A DNA stretch of 63,372 nt, the filler included, from Conidiobolus incongruus B7586 (lineage: Eukaryota): NCBI GenBank assembly GCA_000697335.1. It is 7 parts of 7 records of this genome, joined end to end, with 100 filler letters (N's around TTAATTAATTAA, not from the genome) between each part and the next. Parts side by side here need not be neighbours in the genome. Positions count along the whole stretch, not along the records: positions 1 to 13,876 come from JNEM01006362.1; 6 more parts are not named here. One strand, 5' to 3'. Within the stretch, counting starts at the first letter, position 1. Each line of letters starts with the position of its first letter. A program made the translations under genes and the position numbers. Shown here one piece after another: positions 1-12,124 of the stretch. A model generated the notes under the pieces. It searched no databases. It was not told where the DNA came from and was given only the letters and a program-made list of their open reading frames with translations.

Positions 1-2347
1 TATTTTAATTAATTTATATTTTTTTACAAATCAATAAAAATTGTTTATATCAACTTTTATTCATAATATTAAAATATAATTAATTCTCTTCATTAATATA
101 TATAATATTAATGTAATTTTTTATAATAAAATTCAATTATATTATATTAAATTATTTTCTTAAGGAGTTTGTCTTTTTAACTAATTATAATTAATTACAA
201 ATAATTGATTTAATTATTTTGTTTAATATATTTATAAATTAACTATTATATTATTAATAAAAGGTATAGCTTTATAATCTAAAATTTTTGATTAATACGT
301 ATCATTATTTTAATTTTAAAATAGAAACTATAACTTTCTCCTTATATATATATATTTCATTAAATATATGATAAATAATATCATTCAATATAATGACTTA
401 ATATATGTAAATAAATATATATTTCTCCAAAACTAATGAATTATTTTTTATATTATTTTTGAAATTAGATTTAAAATTTTAATAAAGTCTAAATATTTAA
501 ATAGCTCTAACGTTCCAAAAACTATATATTGATCGAATCAAAATATTTTTATATTAACTCTTTATGTTATTTTAATATTAATATTAATAAAGGTATTAAC
601 TGTATTAATATTTGTTAATATAATGGATATTAGCAAATTATATCAAATATATCTAGACAAAAAGATCATTTAAAATTTTATAAAATTAGCCCTTAATAAT
701 TCAAGTTATACAAATTAATTATCAATTAATAATTATAAATGGCCATTAGGAAAATTATTTTTTTAAAAAGAGTATTTTATCTAATGAATTGCTTGTCATT
801 TTAAATATATTGGTTTATATTCTTAATAGAAAATTTGGACCTCATGAATATCATTTTGATACTTATAACAACTATGAAAATTACAGTTATTATATTTTGA
901 TCTTTTAATAGACGAAAGTTTGGTTTGATAATTTGATAATATTGCTAAATCATTATTATATTTATAAAATACTCTTCAGTTTGATTAGATCGAATTTGAA
1001 TTAGGTTGGTGTAGAGTTCCTAAATTGTATATAATTTCATATCTATTATAATGTAAAAAACATATGGTTTGAATAATTAATTTTATCTCTTTATATTTAT
1101 CTTACTCGAGTTATTCATTTTTAAATTGAATTTTCAAGGATGAAATAGATTGATCCAAAAATATCACTGTGACAAGATAGTTCATTTGAAATAATATTCT
1201 AAACGGTAATTATTTCAATTTCAGAATATATATTAGTTAATATTTTTATAGGTGATTTTAATAATAATTTTTTAATCGAAATAAAATATTGAACAAATGT
1301 ATTAAAATGTTAGCTTTTAAAATATATACATATACAATTAAGATGTCCATTTTTTCATTTTAGTCATTTTCTAATCTTGAAAGTTAGTTGTTTTTAGTAT
1401 TCATTAGATATTATCAATTGTATCAGTTGAAGTACAACAATTTGTATATTATAAATGTTACACTACCCAATTGGCACTTGATTTCAAGTTTTGTAATTGA
1501 TTGGAATCAAATTAGTAAAAATCTAGCATTCCACAATATAAGTATCAACAATGATTACCATCGAATATGATTTAGTTAAATCTAAATAGTTTAAATACAA
1601 ATTTCAAACGATTTTATATTTAAAATCAGATTTAATCCAATCGAAGTAACTGCTGTAATATTTAAATTGTCCTTTTAATTTAAAATGACTTATTTTTGAA
1701 TTTTTAGCTTTCAGGCAGTATCAATAAAATGAAGTTCACTAGCTCACTGATAAGTAATTTGATTAGATATAATAATTGTATATCAAATCCTTAAAATCGA
1801 AAATAGTATTATTTCAATATATGTAATACTTTTGTATAATACATTCATCTATTTGAATAATTTGGATTAACTACATATTTTGAATTTTAATCAAATACTT
1901 AATGCCAATATATTTAATAGTGATAAAATAATCATAATTCAAAATAAATCAACGATATTTAATCCAGTTATAATCTACAGCTGTTATATGGTACTGTTTG
2001 AACATAATTCTGAATTCACTATACTCATCAATTCTATACATTGTGGGGAAGATTGAGTTGATTATCATACAAATAGGTAAATTAATTAATCCCATAAAGC
2101 AGTCGTCATCAACCTTTCAAATCATAATAACTTTCTAAATGAATGGGTTTGAAGGTTCCAATTAAGTGTACAGAGTCTATTAAGTAAAATTTATATTAAT
2201 TCAATTAAATTTAAAGTTTTTAATTTTTGAAATTACTAGTTATCATTATTATTATTATTATTAATTCATAGTAATTTTTTCTTTCATTATCGTGTTTATA
2301 TAATTAAAATTTTTATTGGGGAGTTTTAATTATTAAATTAAAAAAAT

Positions 2348-4934
2348 ATGTCGAGTAGAAAGTTACAATGTAAGCATAAAATCCTAAAGAGAAAAACCTC
2401 TACAATTACTAACATCCAATGAAGTAGAAATTGACCGGGTTTTAAAAAAAGTAGCAGAAGGGTTTAACGATTTTGACGTTACCTATTCTAAAATCCAAAC
2501 GACGACAAATTCTAATATGTCTCAAAAGTATGAATCCGATTTGAAAAAGGAGATTAAAAAATTGCAGAGGTGCAGAGACCAAATTAAAACTTGGTTAACT
2601 TCTAACGATATTAAAGATAAGAGACAGTTGACCGAATCTAGGAAAGCTATTGAAAATGTAATAGAATTATCATCTACTTACAATATTATATTAATTTGGC
2701 GTTTAGAAAATGGAGCAATTTAAACTAATAGAAAAAGAGATGAAAACTAAGGCTTTTTCGAAAGAGGGTTTAAATCAAGCTACTAAGATAGATCCCAAAG
2801 AACAGAAAAAGACGGATACGATAAATTGGATAAGTGAAGTAGTCGATAATCTCAACATTCAAATCGATTCCTTCGAAGCCGAATCCGAAGTACTGCTAAG
2901 CGGCAGTAAGAAAAAGAAGGATGCTAGTAAGAATGAGCGTTTGGCTCAGATTAAACATCATGTCGATAGGCATAAATGGCATATTAGTCGTCTTGAACTC
3001 ATTCAGAGATTGTTGGAGAACGATAGAGTTGAAGCTGAAACTGTAAATTTTATTATATATTTTATTAAATTTTATAACTTATATGAATTATTTATAGATT
3101 GACGATCTTAAAGATAGTATTGAATATTATGTAGAATCCAATCAAGTAAATACATATATTAAATACTATTTAAATCAATTAAACTAATTCTTTATTTAAG
3201 GATCCTGATTTCGAAGAAGATGAAGAACTTTATGACGAACTCAACTTGGATGAAGAAGAAGAACTTTATAATGTCGTAACGGATGAAAGAGCACTTCATG
3301 CTTTTAAGAAAGATGAAGAAGAAGGTAAAATTCATATTTATACTAAATTATTAATATCAATCTAACTTAATTTATTGTAGAATCTAACTCAGTGGTAAAT
3401 AATAATATTATTATTGTTATTCAATATTTAATATTATGATCATATATTAATTCAATAATCGTTATATTATCTAGGAAATTCCGCTATCTAAAAGAAATGA
3501 TAAATCTAAATCTACAGATGCTTCTAAAGCTAAGAAGGAGGACAAAGAGCCTGAACCTATTAAAAAGGTATTTAAACTAAAACCATGATTTAATATATTT
3601 TTAATCCCAATTTTTAGACTACTGCTACAACTGCTGAAGTAATTAAAGGCGCCGATAAAACTCCCCCGACAAAAGCCGCTGGTATTAATAATAGTTATGA
3701 TTATTCAATTATACTTAATTTATTAAATCTAACATTTTTTTAGAACTACCAACGCCAGCAGCTCCCAAAATTCCTCAAATTACTACTCCTTTCGCTCAAG
3801 CTGTCGCTAACAAAGATCCTAAAAATATTACAAGTGAGTTCAACTCAATATAAGTTTTGAATTATGTTATTGATGATATTTTTAGAACAAGAACAAGCTT
3901 CTAATAAACAGCATCAACCTACCAGTTCGACGCCAAGTGCCAAAGCTTCACCAGGTAGCATCATTATTTAATTGATTAAAGTTATTATTCACTAAACCGT
4001 CAACTGTTTAGCTCCTGCAGCTCCCCCTGCTTTACCTAAAGTCCAGGTAATACGTAAACTACCAATTTCGATTTTAAGATATTAATAAGATGCAATTATA
4101 GACAACACCCAAAGCTCCTGCAGCTGCTCAATTACCATCTCAGCCTAGTTCGCCGATGCAAGCGAATAAACCCCTATCGAGAACGTCGACGCCACCTGGT
4201 ATTCCCATACCGCGCAGCGCTGAACAGGGCAACAATGAAGCTAATAACGCACCAGCTCCCGCCAAACCTCCTACGGAGGCTTCAGATATGCCCAACTGCT
4301 TGAAGGATCTGTTGGATAGTTATGATTTGGCACATCATAAGAGTATATTTCGATTAACATGATATGTCAATTTTATTAATATTTGAATAGATAATGAACC
4401 TAACCCATTATTCCATAAACTGATGTTAGAGACCAGTTTCAATACGATACCCGATTTATTGGACGTCGAACCGTAAGTTCGAATTACCGCCTAATTACAA
4501 TTAACACTAACTAAACTCCACAATATAGACCTGCAGTGCCCTACTTTCGTGAACGTATAGTAACATCGCCGCACTACCCACAATATCCTTTGCCCAACTC
4601 TAGAACACCGGAATTCTTCAACAATTTGGATCCTGAAACACTCTTCTTTATTTTCTACTATATGGACGGCACCTACGAGCAATACCTCTGTTCCAAGCAA
4701 TTGAAGAGTTTGAATTGGAGGTTCCACAAGCGCTATAACACCTGGTTCCAGCGTAAGTTCCAACCGGACGAAGTGAAAGACGATCACGAAACAGGTACCT
4801 ACACCTTCTTCGATTATGAGAGGAATTGGCGTCAGGAAACCAAATCGAATTTCCAGTAAGTTTTCAATCATTTATTTTTAAACTATAAACTAATAATTAT
4901 TTTTAGATTTTATTATGTATATCTCGAAGAATAA
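2348..4934 (+). CDS. NOT3: CCR4-NOT complex subunit Not3/Not5 (CNOT3), 15 exons, ~601 aa
   Basis: Manually spliced exons 2348-2369, 2425-2657, 2707-3042, 3098-3145, 3201-3324, 3381-3394, 3475-3567, 3618-3681, 3744-3833, 3886-3954, 4012-4046, 4102-4342, 4391-4472, 4529-4855, 4907-4934 (all GT-AG, 1806 nt, in frame). N-terminal Not3 domain ([16 protein letters not shown]...[18 protein letters not shown]...[11 protein letters not shown]), P/A-rich linker, C-terminal NOT box (ETLFFIFYY...[13 protein letters not shown]...GTYTFFDYE...FYYVYLEE*). Exon boundaries in the low-complexity linker are less certain. Confidence 0.95.
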
Positions 4935-5179
4935 TTTTCATCAAATTTTGAATTATTTTACTATTTTAACACTCGCATTGAATAAAACTTTTTTCAGTAC
5001 ATTGTCTTTAAAATTCATTCTAAAAATATTTCGATTTTTTTGACTAAATATTTTATTAAAGTTCCATTTCAGATTCCAACTTTTTTAACGTTTCTTCAAC
5101 CGATTCTCGAATAATTTGAGGAACTAGAACTTGTCTAAAATGCTAATACAAAATCAATCTTTTTTGATTATCTGACTTT

Positions 5180-5595
5180 TCTTTCACTTCGACCTTATCT
5201 CCATATTCTTTCCTAACAACATCATCACCACTTTCATAAACCTATTAATTTCCGATCCTGGCAATTCTGCCAGCATCACACAATGATTATCGCAATGAGG
5301 ACAGTATTCGTCAGTTTCGCCCAAATCCTTAATAAATGATGTTAATCAGCCCGAATTATACAATACTAAAGCATTTACCTAAAGTCATTACATAATACAT
5401 TTTTATACTTCTTACAAGCGAATATCAATTCATAAGTTGTTCAAAATTTGTGATCGGCTTGTTCAGTGTGACATTCACTACAGTCGAATCATGGCAAGAG
5501 CATTAATTTCGGATTGATACCCAGGGATTGCTATTACATTGTTGGTATAATGATATAGCGAGAGTTACTTGAGTGTTTTTAATATATTTAAACAT
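5180..5595 (-). pseudogene. Pseudogene of small fungal CHY zinc-finger protein (MCKHILNAQV...FDCxECH...FACKKCKK...DEYCPHCDNH family)
   Basis: Minus strand reads MFKYIKNTQV.../intron/ *FDCSECHTEQADHKF*TTYELIFACKKYKNVLCNDF /intron/ DLGETDEYCPHCDNHC. In-frame TGA, loss of several conserved Cys (C>F, C>Y), first intron lacks an AG acceptor, apparent 1-nt frame slip at second intron. Family assignment from remembered motif pattern. Confidence 0.75.
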
Positions 5596-5994
5596 CTGAT
5601 TTAATAATAATATTGAATAATGATTTAAATTTAAATGAATATGATATTTGAGTTGAAAAAGTTATTTAATGATATTACATTAAATTAGAAATTAAACTAT
5701 TCCCGAAATTTTAACTAATTCTTTGCATATCTAAAATTATTTAATCAATACCTAGATAAACTATCACTTGTAGCATAAATAATTAGATATTAATTTAAAT
5801 TAGCATTTAGTTTCAAATAGTACAGCACTTAATTCACCATTGTCATCATTACTCAAATATTCACAATTCTTGCTATATTTCAATTAATTATTAAGTTAAA
5901 TTTTAATTTATTAAATAAATAAAATTAAAATATTTAAATGTTTAATATAAACACATTCAATAAATGCAATATATATATGAAAATATTTTTAAAG

Positions 5995-7310
5995 TTTCTG
6001 TTGGTTTTAAATATAGGTGCTAATATTGAATTATAGTTTAAATAAATTATCCTATTAACACCATAGCTTTTAATCCTTATTAAAAAAACACAAAGGAACT
6101 GTCTCTAAAACTATGATTACCAACGAAAGCTAGCTATATTGGTATGAATAGAATCTTCTTGAACTCTTTAAAGAATATTAATATAAAGCTTATACTCCTT
6201 AATTAACAATTCAAAGAACATTGTTTATAAAAAACAATTTTTTTGATCATTTATAATTATCTTAAAAATAATATTAATAAATTATAAATGATAAAAGCAA
6301 TAAAAAAATGAAGTACAATCTGAAATAATAGGAAAATTAAAAAATTGTTGATTAAATAACTATATAATAAATCTTCTTTTAATTAATGAAAAATAACTAG
6401 GATTGATAAAATATAAACATTGTTAATATTACTCTAAGATTAATCAAAATAAAATCAAAAATTAATATTTATTTTAAAATATTGTAAATATAATAACCAA
6501 TAAGTATTAATAATTTTGTATAAAAGCTCAAAATAAAATATTCAATAATTTTTAAAAATACATATTATTTACCTTGTTATTCAATAGAATAAAAATTTAT
6601 AAACTAAAAAAATAATATAAATTAAAATTTTTTAAAAACATATTTATACTTATTGACTTTAAATAATTAATCTTTATATTTTTATTTTTAATAACAAAAA
6701 GAGTTAGAAATAATAATTATATTCCTAATCAGAACTTATTTTAAAATAATTTTAATCTTTGATTATTAATAATTGAAATTATATAATATGTTAGATAATT
6801 TATTATTAATTTATTAAACAAAAGATATATTTGGAGAATTTACTATTTTTATAATAAATATCATATTTATATTAAATTTTTAAGAAATACTCTTAAAATA
6901 CAAAATTCACTTTATAAAACTAATAAATTAAGAAGATTATTATAGAATGTAAAGAATTCAAATGATTTTAATATGGCACATAAAATATTAAATTAATTAA
7001 TAATTAAATAATTAGAAAAGATAGTTAATATATTGATAATAAAAGTGCAAGACTAATATCAAGATAATATTATTAAAATTTAAAGTACTTATTTTAAAAT
7101 AATATAGTTTTTTGGTATAAGGTAATTTTTAGAAAAAAATTTAATAATCAAAATATAAGAAATGAATATTTTAGTATATAACTTAAAAAATTCATACTCC
7201 AACATTAAGTAAAAAAAGTTCGAGACATCAATAATATTAGAAACATCATCCTTCATCATGTGACGGTCAATCGAGCTAGTTTGCAAGGATTAATGTTGGG
7301 ACTCAACAAT
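5995..7310 (+). mobile_element. Highly degenerate Ty1/copia pol relic (RT-RNase H), possible 3' LTR starting ~7294
   Basis: Broken motifs in copia order: ILNYSLNK..*HHSF (cf. FLN..L.E.IY.QP.GF), YWYE, KEHCL (cf. DPCLY), IGKLKN, CKEFK*, YIDNKSA at 7029-7049 (RNase H Y.DN.SA), then a purine-biased stretch followed by TGTTGGG at 7294. Many stops and frameshifts; read by eye. Confidence 0.4.
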
Positions 7311-7546
7311 TTAGCGTATTTAAAAATTATAAAGGATGTATAATCTGATTAAAATAAATTAATTTGGGATACATTAAAAATAAAAAAAGTTAAAAGAAAG
7401 ATTATTAGAATATATTATCAAAAAAGAATAAAAGCAGAAAATATTAAAATTGTAAATTATGAATAAAATTAAATAAAAAAATAAACTCACAGCGAATATA
7501 GCTAACGATGTGATTTTATAAACTTTATGAGATAGATTGGAATTGA

Positions 7547-7619
7547 GCCCGGTTAGCTCAGTCGGTAGAGAATCAGACTTTTAATCTGAGGGTCGTGGGT
7601 TCGAGCCCCACATTGGGCG
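7547..7619 (+). tRNA. tRNA-Lys (anticodon UUU), intronless
   Basis: GCCCGGT/ATTGGGC acceptor stem, A-box TAGCTCAGTCGG, anticodon arm TCAGA-CTTTTAA-TCTGA, T arm GTGGG-TTCGAGC-CCCAC, discriminator G, downstream T-runs (Pol III terminator). Confidence 0.93.
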
Positions 7620-8726
7620 CTGTTTTCATTTTTTAGTTTCCTTAAATTTGGTTAAATGTTTCATCATTTTAAAACTTTGTATCACAATCTTTTCCTTAAC
7701 CCATTTTTATTTGATTTCATTCTGTGATTAATATTTTTTTTCAATATTTCTATCCATTTTCATATTTATGCCTATAATTTGCTTAAATTGTATTTATCAA
7801 TATTTCAATCAATATCATTTATTTTATCAGATTATTTTAGAAATTACACATTATATATTAATAATCAATTTCAAAACATACTTATTTCAAGTTTAACTGG
7901 ACTTTTTTCTTTAAATATTCAAACAATTCGTTATACGAATCAGTTATTTTAATATCAGTTAATAGTGAAGTTAAAGTAATAATAAAAGATTTTCCAAAAA
8001 CATTTTAAATCTATTGAATTATATTAAATCAAACTTTGTATTTAATTGTTTTGAATAATTTTAACAATATTACATACACTAATAAATTATAAAGTAAAAT
8101 AAATTTGTTAATGACTATTCGCTAAAATTTGAAATGTTCTTTAATTCTATATTGTTCTAAAATTATTCAATTAATTCAAATTAATCATAAAATTTCAAAT
8201 AATTATCTATTATTTTAAGTTATATATATATATATATATATAAATTTGTTAAATATATTCCAAATCATATATTACATATATAATCAAATGTGATCTTGAC
8301 ATTTTCTAATGTTATAATATTCAAAATAAGATTTTGTTTCAATTAATCATATTATCTTTTTAATTTAAATATATATTTTGCAATGGTTAAATTCTATTAT
8401 TATACTTGAAGTTAAAATCAATAACTCTATTTTTAAAGTAGTTATAAATTTCCCCCACTCCAAAAATGAATAACATATCATCAATCCAATAATTTCATCA
8501 TATCCCTATTTTTTATTATGAAATCAATTCAAAACTCTCAATTTTTAGTCAATATCTATTTTCCATTAAAATATATTTATTCACTGTCCTAAAGTAATGC
8601 AGTTTCAGAGTCAGTTATGTACTATTTACAAACAAATAAACACTTACATAAGTGAAACGTTATGTATGAGTTTAAATTATTAAATTTGATCACCACTTTC
8701 AAAATATTGAAATTTAAAAATTTTGA

Positions 8727-8760
<34 letters not shown>

Positions 8761-9256
8761 ATTAACATACCAGTATTAAAATTGTAAAATAATGCTTGTT
8801 AATTGAGTGAAATATATTTGAAAAATTGGGAAAATTTAGAATATGCAGTTCGATTAATGTGATCTCTGATTGAATCAAAGCACTTAATAAATTGATGCAT
8901 GTGTTTCAAAGCATTATCCAACTATAGATAAAATATTAGAAAATAAATAATAATGGTAATTATAAATATTTTAAGTAGACAGTTTTTGAGGTTTAATCCT
9001 TAGATTATAAAAGCATAATCCATTATATATAATTATTAATTACTGCAGTGAAACCAATATTTTTAATTATTGTAGGATATTTAATAGTTCAATTTTAATA
9101 AATTTTATCACAAATATAAAGAATTCTTAATATTGATTGTGAAGAGTATTAAAATTAATCCCATAATAAATTTCTGATATTTGTTTGAGATAAATATTTC
9201 ATAAATTAATTGATTACATTTCATTTATTCAGTATGTTAATATATACAAATTTAAA

Positions 9257-11368
9257 ATGAAATTAACAAATTCCAAAAATGATATTGATAATATCATAAC
9301 AATTGAACATCTATTAACCAATGTTCTATCCAAACATAACACTGATTCAATACTCACAGTGCCTTTAAAATGCCATATTCAACTCAATACAGATCCTTGG
9401 TGTTTGAAAAATTCTTATTATTTAAAATTCATTTCAAACGATGAATCACTAGTAGTACTTAATTTTAATACAATTCCATATCCCTTGAATACTTCACTAA
9501 TTCTAACCCAATACCAATGCATATACATTCACAATCGCTGGTTCATAAACATCCTTGAATATCGACTCATTCAATTGACTAAACCCTACAAAGTTTGCGT
9601 TAATGATTGCAAAGGTATAACCCTAACAGGTCTCATCACTTCAAAGTCTATCATTACTACAATCGAGTCTCATACTATATACTCAGTGCAAATTCAATCT
9701 AACAACCTCACCAAAACCATATTTCTAAAAAATCTCGAATTATACTCATTACTAACCCCTGGCAAACGTTATCGCATCTCAAATCTAAATTACTTATTGA
9801 AAGGAATTTACGAAACTACTGGTATATCTGAACTATCAGATCTAGATGGTGACGATTTAATAATTTGCTTGCAATCCAAACAATTGAGAATTGATGAGGT
9901 ATTAGACCGAGGGTTAGGATTATATCGATCCGGGGATGATTATATTATAATCGATTATAGATTACATTTATTCTTTTTGAATATCGATATTGGCACTGTG
10001 TTAAAATTGAAAAATTACGAAGATCCTATACTGATTGAGTCCAATATTAGAATTTTTAAAATTGATCTATTCACCAACTATACTATTCAATACTTAATAA
10101 TTCACCCAAATAGTTTTGATCCCAATTATTTCATACCCAACAACAATGTTAAATTTGTTATAAATATTTGGCGATTGAAACGACGTCTTCGAGAATTACA
10201 ATTACTTGATTGTCTTCAAGGAATTTTGGAATATTGTGGAATTGAGTATTCAATAACTATGCCGAGGTTAAATGTTTACGATTTGATTAAATCACGGACT
10301 AAGACTCAAGAGGAAAAGACGACGGAAATTGCTTTGAAACTAGAAGATGTGGAAATACCAATGGAAAAGAAATTTATTATATTAAAATTGGACGGTTTCA
10401 ATTTGACTGATTTGATCATTTCGAAATTTATATTACCCACTGTCAATAGTGTAGAACTTTCCAGGTTAAGATATTTTCGTAGTTGGGTCAACTATTGGTA
10501 TTTAATTCCTACCGAATTATTAAAAAATGACACAATTGAATTATCCCATTGTCTGAAGTTAGACCCAGATGACTTGCTGTTAACCTACGATTCTACAATG
10601 AAATATCACAGTTATTCCAAATCAATCCACAGTTTAACATGTTCACCAGATATTGATCAAGACGATTCCTTATTAACTGTTTCGGATGCAAATTCTCAAT
10701 TGAATACGCCTTCTACTGTGAATTTTCCATTGTGTAATATTCCTAATACATTGTCCAAGTCAAGTGAGTTCGATTCGATATCGTCCCATTCTAACTCTGA
10801 TTCTAGTTCCTTTCAATTTCAAATTTCTAATAATTACACTCTCAATAATTTGACCATATTACAATGTCTTAAAGTATCTAACACAGAATTAGTTTATTTT
10901 GTTGGTAATACTTTACAATTCTCAAAATTAGACATTCGCAATAATCTCATATTCAATGTTGAAAATGCAGTTCAAGTATATCTAAATTGGTACACTTTAA
11001 ATCTCAACACCATTTTCGAGTCAATATCATCCCACAGTTGTATTCCTATTACCACTTTAATCGGTCGTATAACTCGAATCGATTGGCCATCATACGACCT
11101 TATAAAAGTTCTAAATGACGAAATTTCTACGACTGTTTTTCAGCTAACTGTGGAAGACCTTGAGTTAAATCACAGAGTGTTAAAGTGTAATTATTATGAG
11201 TTAAAACGTTCCCTGAGATTTGGAGAGTTGAAAGAATTAAAGCGTGGGTTTAGGATGAAATATTTTGAAATGCAATACTCTGGAAAAGAAGGGAACGTTG
11301 TTGGAATGAAAGCTTTGAAATCAATAGAAGTGAGTTATAAATTGATTGAATTGATTAATCAATTCTAA
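9257..11368 (+). CDS. Intronless 703-aa protein, probable CTC1-like (CST telomere complex) multi-OB-fold protein
   Basis: Long ORF in AT-rich context, AATAAA downstream. Segments ITLTGLITSKS...IYSVQI...LELYSLLTPGKRYRISNL and IDEVLDRGLGLY...IGTVLKLKN follow the pattern I recall for CTC1 N-terminal OB folds (L.G.L..S...YF.L...L.PG..Y.LT.L; V..VL...GLY...PG..L.L..V). CDS confidence high, product moderate. Confidence 0.55.
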   Translation: MKLTNSKNDIDNIITIEHLLTNVLSKHNTDSILTVPLKCHIQLNTDPWCLKNSYYLKFISNDESLVVLNFNTIPYPLNTSLILTQYQCIYIHNRWFINILEYRLIQLTKPYKVCVNDCKGITLTGLITSKSIITTIESHTIYSVQIQSNNLTKTIFLKNLELYSLLTPGKRYRISNLNYLLKGIYETTGISELSDLDGDDLIICLQSKQLRIDEVLDRGLGLYRSGDDYIIIDYRLHLFFLNIDIGTVLKLKNYEDPILIESNIRIFKIDLFTNYTIQYLIIHPNSFDPNYFIPNNNVKFVINIWRLKRRLRELQLLDCLQGILEYCGIEYSITMPRLNVYDLIKSRTKTQEEKTTEIALKLEDVEIPMEKKFIILKLDGFNLTDLIISKFILPTVNSVELSRLRYFRSWVNYWYLIPTELLKNDTIELSHCLKLDPDDLLLTYDSTMKYHSYSKSIHSLTCSPDIDQDDSLLTVSDANSQLNTPSTVNFPLCNIPNTLSKSSEFDSISSHSNSDSSSFQFQISNNYTLNNLTILQCLKVSNTELVYFVGNTLQFSKLDIRNNLIFNVENAVQVYLNWYTLNLNTIFESISSHSCIPITTLIGRITRIDWPSYDLIKVLNDEISTTVFQLTVEDLELNHRVLKCNYYELKRSLRFGELKELKRGFRMKYFEMQYSGKEGNVVGMKALKSIEVSYKLIELINQF

Positions 11369-11515
11369 CTTTTACTGTAAATAAATTTCAAAAAATAATA
11401 AAATGAATTAATTAAATTAAAATAATGTTCAAAACATTTGACAGTTTGATTTAATAAATTGATTTCATAAAAAGAATATATATAAATTAGAATCAAGCGA
11501 ATTGACAATCCAATA

Positions 11516-12124
11516 TTAAAGTTTACATGCCACCGGAGCAGATGTCAATTTTTCATCCTCATCCTCAATCAGCTTAGGATCACCACCAGCACTCTGAACA
11601 ATAGCTCTCAAAGATGGATAATCCGAGTAACCAGTTTGTAAAAACTCATATAACACCTGATCTCCTGGCCCGACTAAAAAAGTCCCACCAAGTTGAAAGC
11701 CGTCCCCTACAGTCAAGTTCCCCCCAAGTCCATTCTTCTGTGCGGCCCTCGCAGATGGTGTATTAGAAGGGCTTAGGACTGATATGATACCTTGAAACAT
11801 CGAAAGTCTGTTGGTATTTAAAGCTTTGTACAAGGATTTTTTGGGATCCATATAAAGATCGAATTTCCAATAACCGTTCTCTAACCATTCGTCTAAACCG
11901 TCATAATCGAAACCTACTCCGACTAGTTTAATGCCTAGGTCGTTAAAAACTTTGGAGTATTTTGTGAGGATATGAGCTTCATAACGACATAATGGACAAC
12001 CGAATCGACGGAAAAGTTTGATGAGGACTTTTTGATCTTTCCAGAGATTGTTTAGGACGATATCTTCACGAGGGTTATTCACAGTTTTTAGGATAATTGG
12101 ATTACCAAAAACTTTACTTGACAT
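11516..12124 (-). CDS. Peroxiredoxin-like 2 / FAM213 (AhpC-TSA_2) thioredoxin-fold protein
   Basis: FRRFGCPLCR (CxxC), LVGVG, LYMDPKKSLYKAL, GDGFQLGGTFLV motifs typical of the PRXL2A/B/C family; intronless. Confidence 0.9.
   Translation of the reverse strand: MSSKVFGNPIILKTVNNPREDIVLNNLWKDQKVLIKLFRRFGCPLCRYEAHILTKYSKVFNDLGIKLVGVGFDYDGLDEWLENGYWKFDLYMDPKKSLYKALNTNRLSMFQGIISVLSPSNTPSARAAQKNGLGGNLTVGDGFQLGGTFLVGPGDQVLYEFLQTGYSDYPSLRAIVQSAGGDPKLIEDEDEKLTSAPVACKL

Noticed and set aside
1..1700. Possible transposon or F-box relic at window start, and the 1388-1570 ORF
   Set aside because: No motif could be recovered reliably by eye.
5440..5492. In-frame TGA in CHY gene as evidence of UGA recoding or selenocysteine
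   Set aside because: Accompanied by Cys losses, a broken splice site and a frameshift; intact genes use TGG for Trp.
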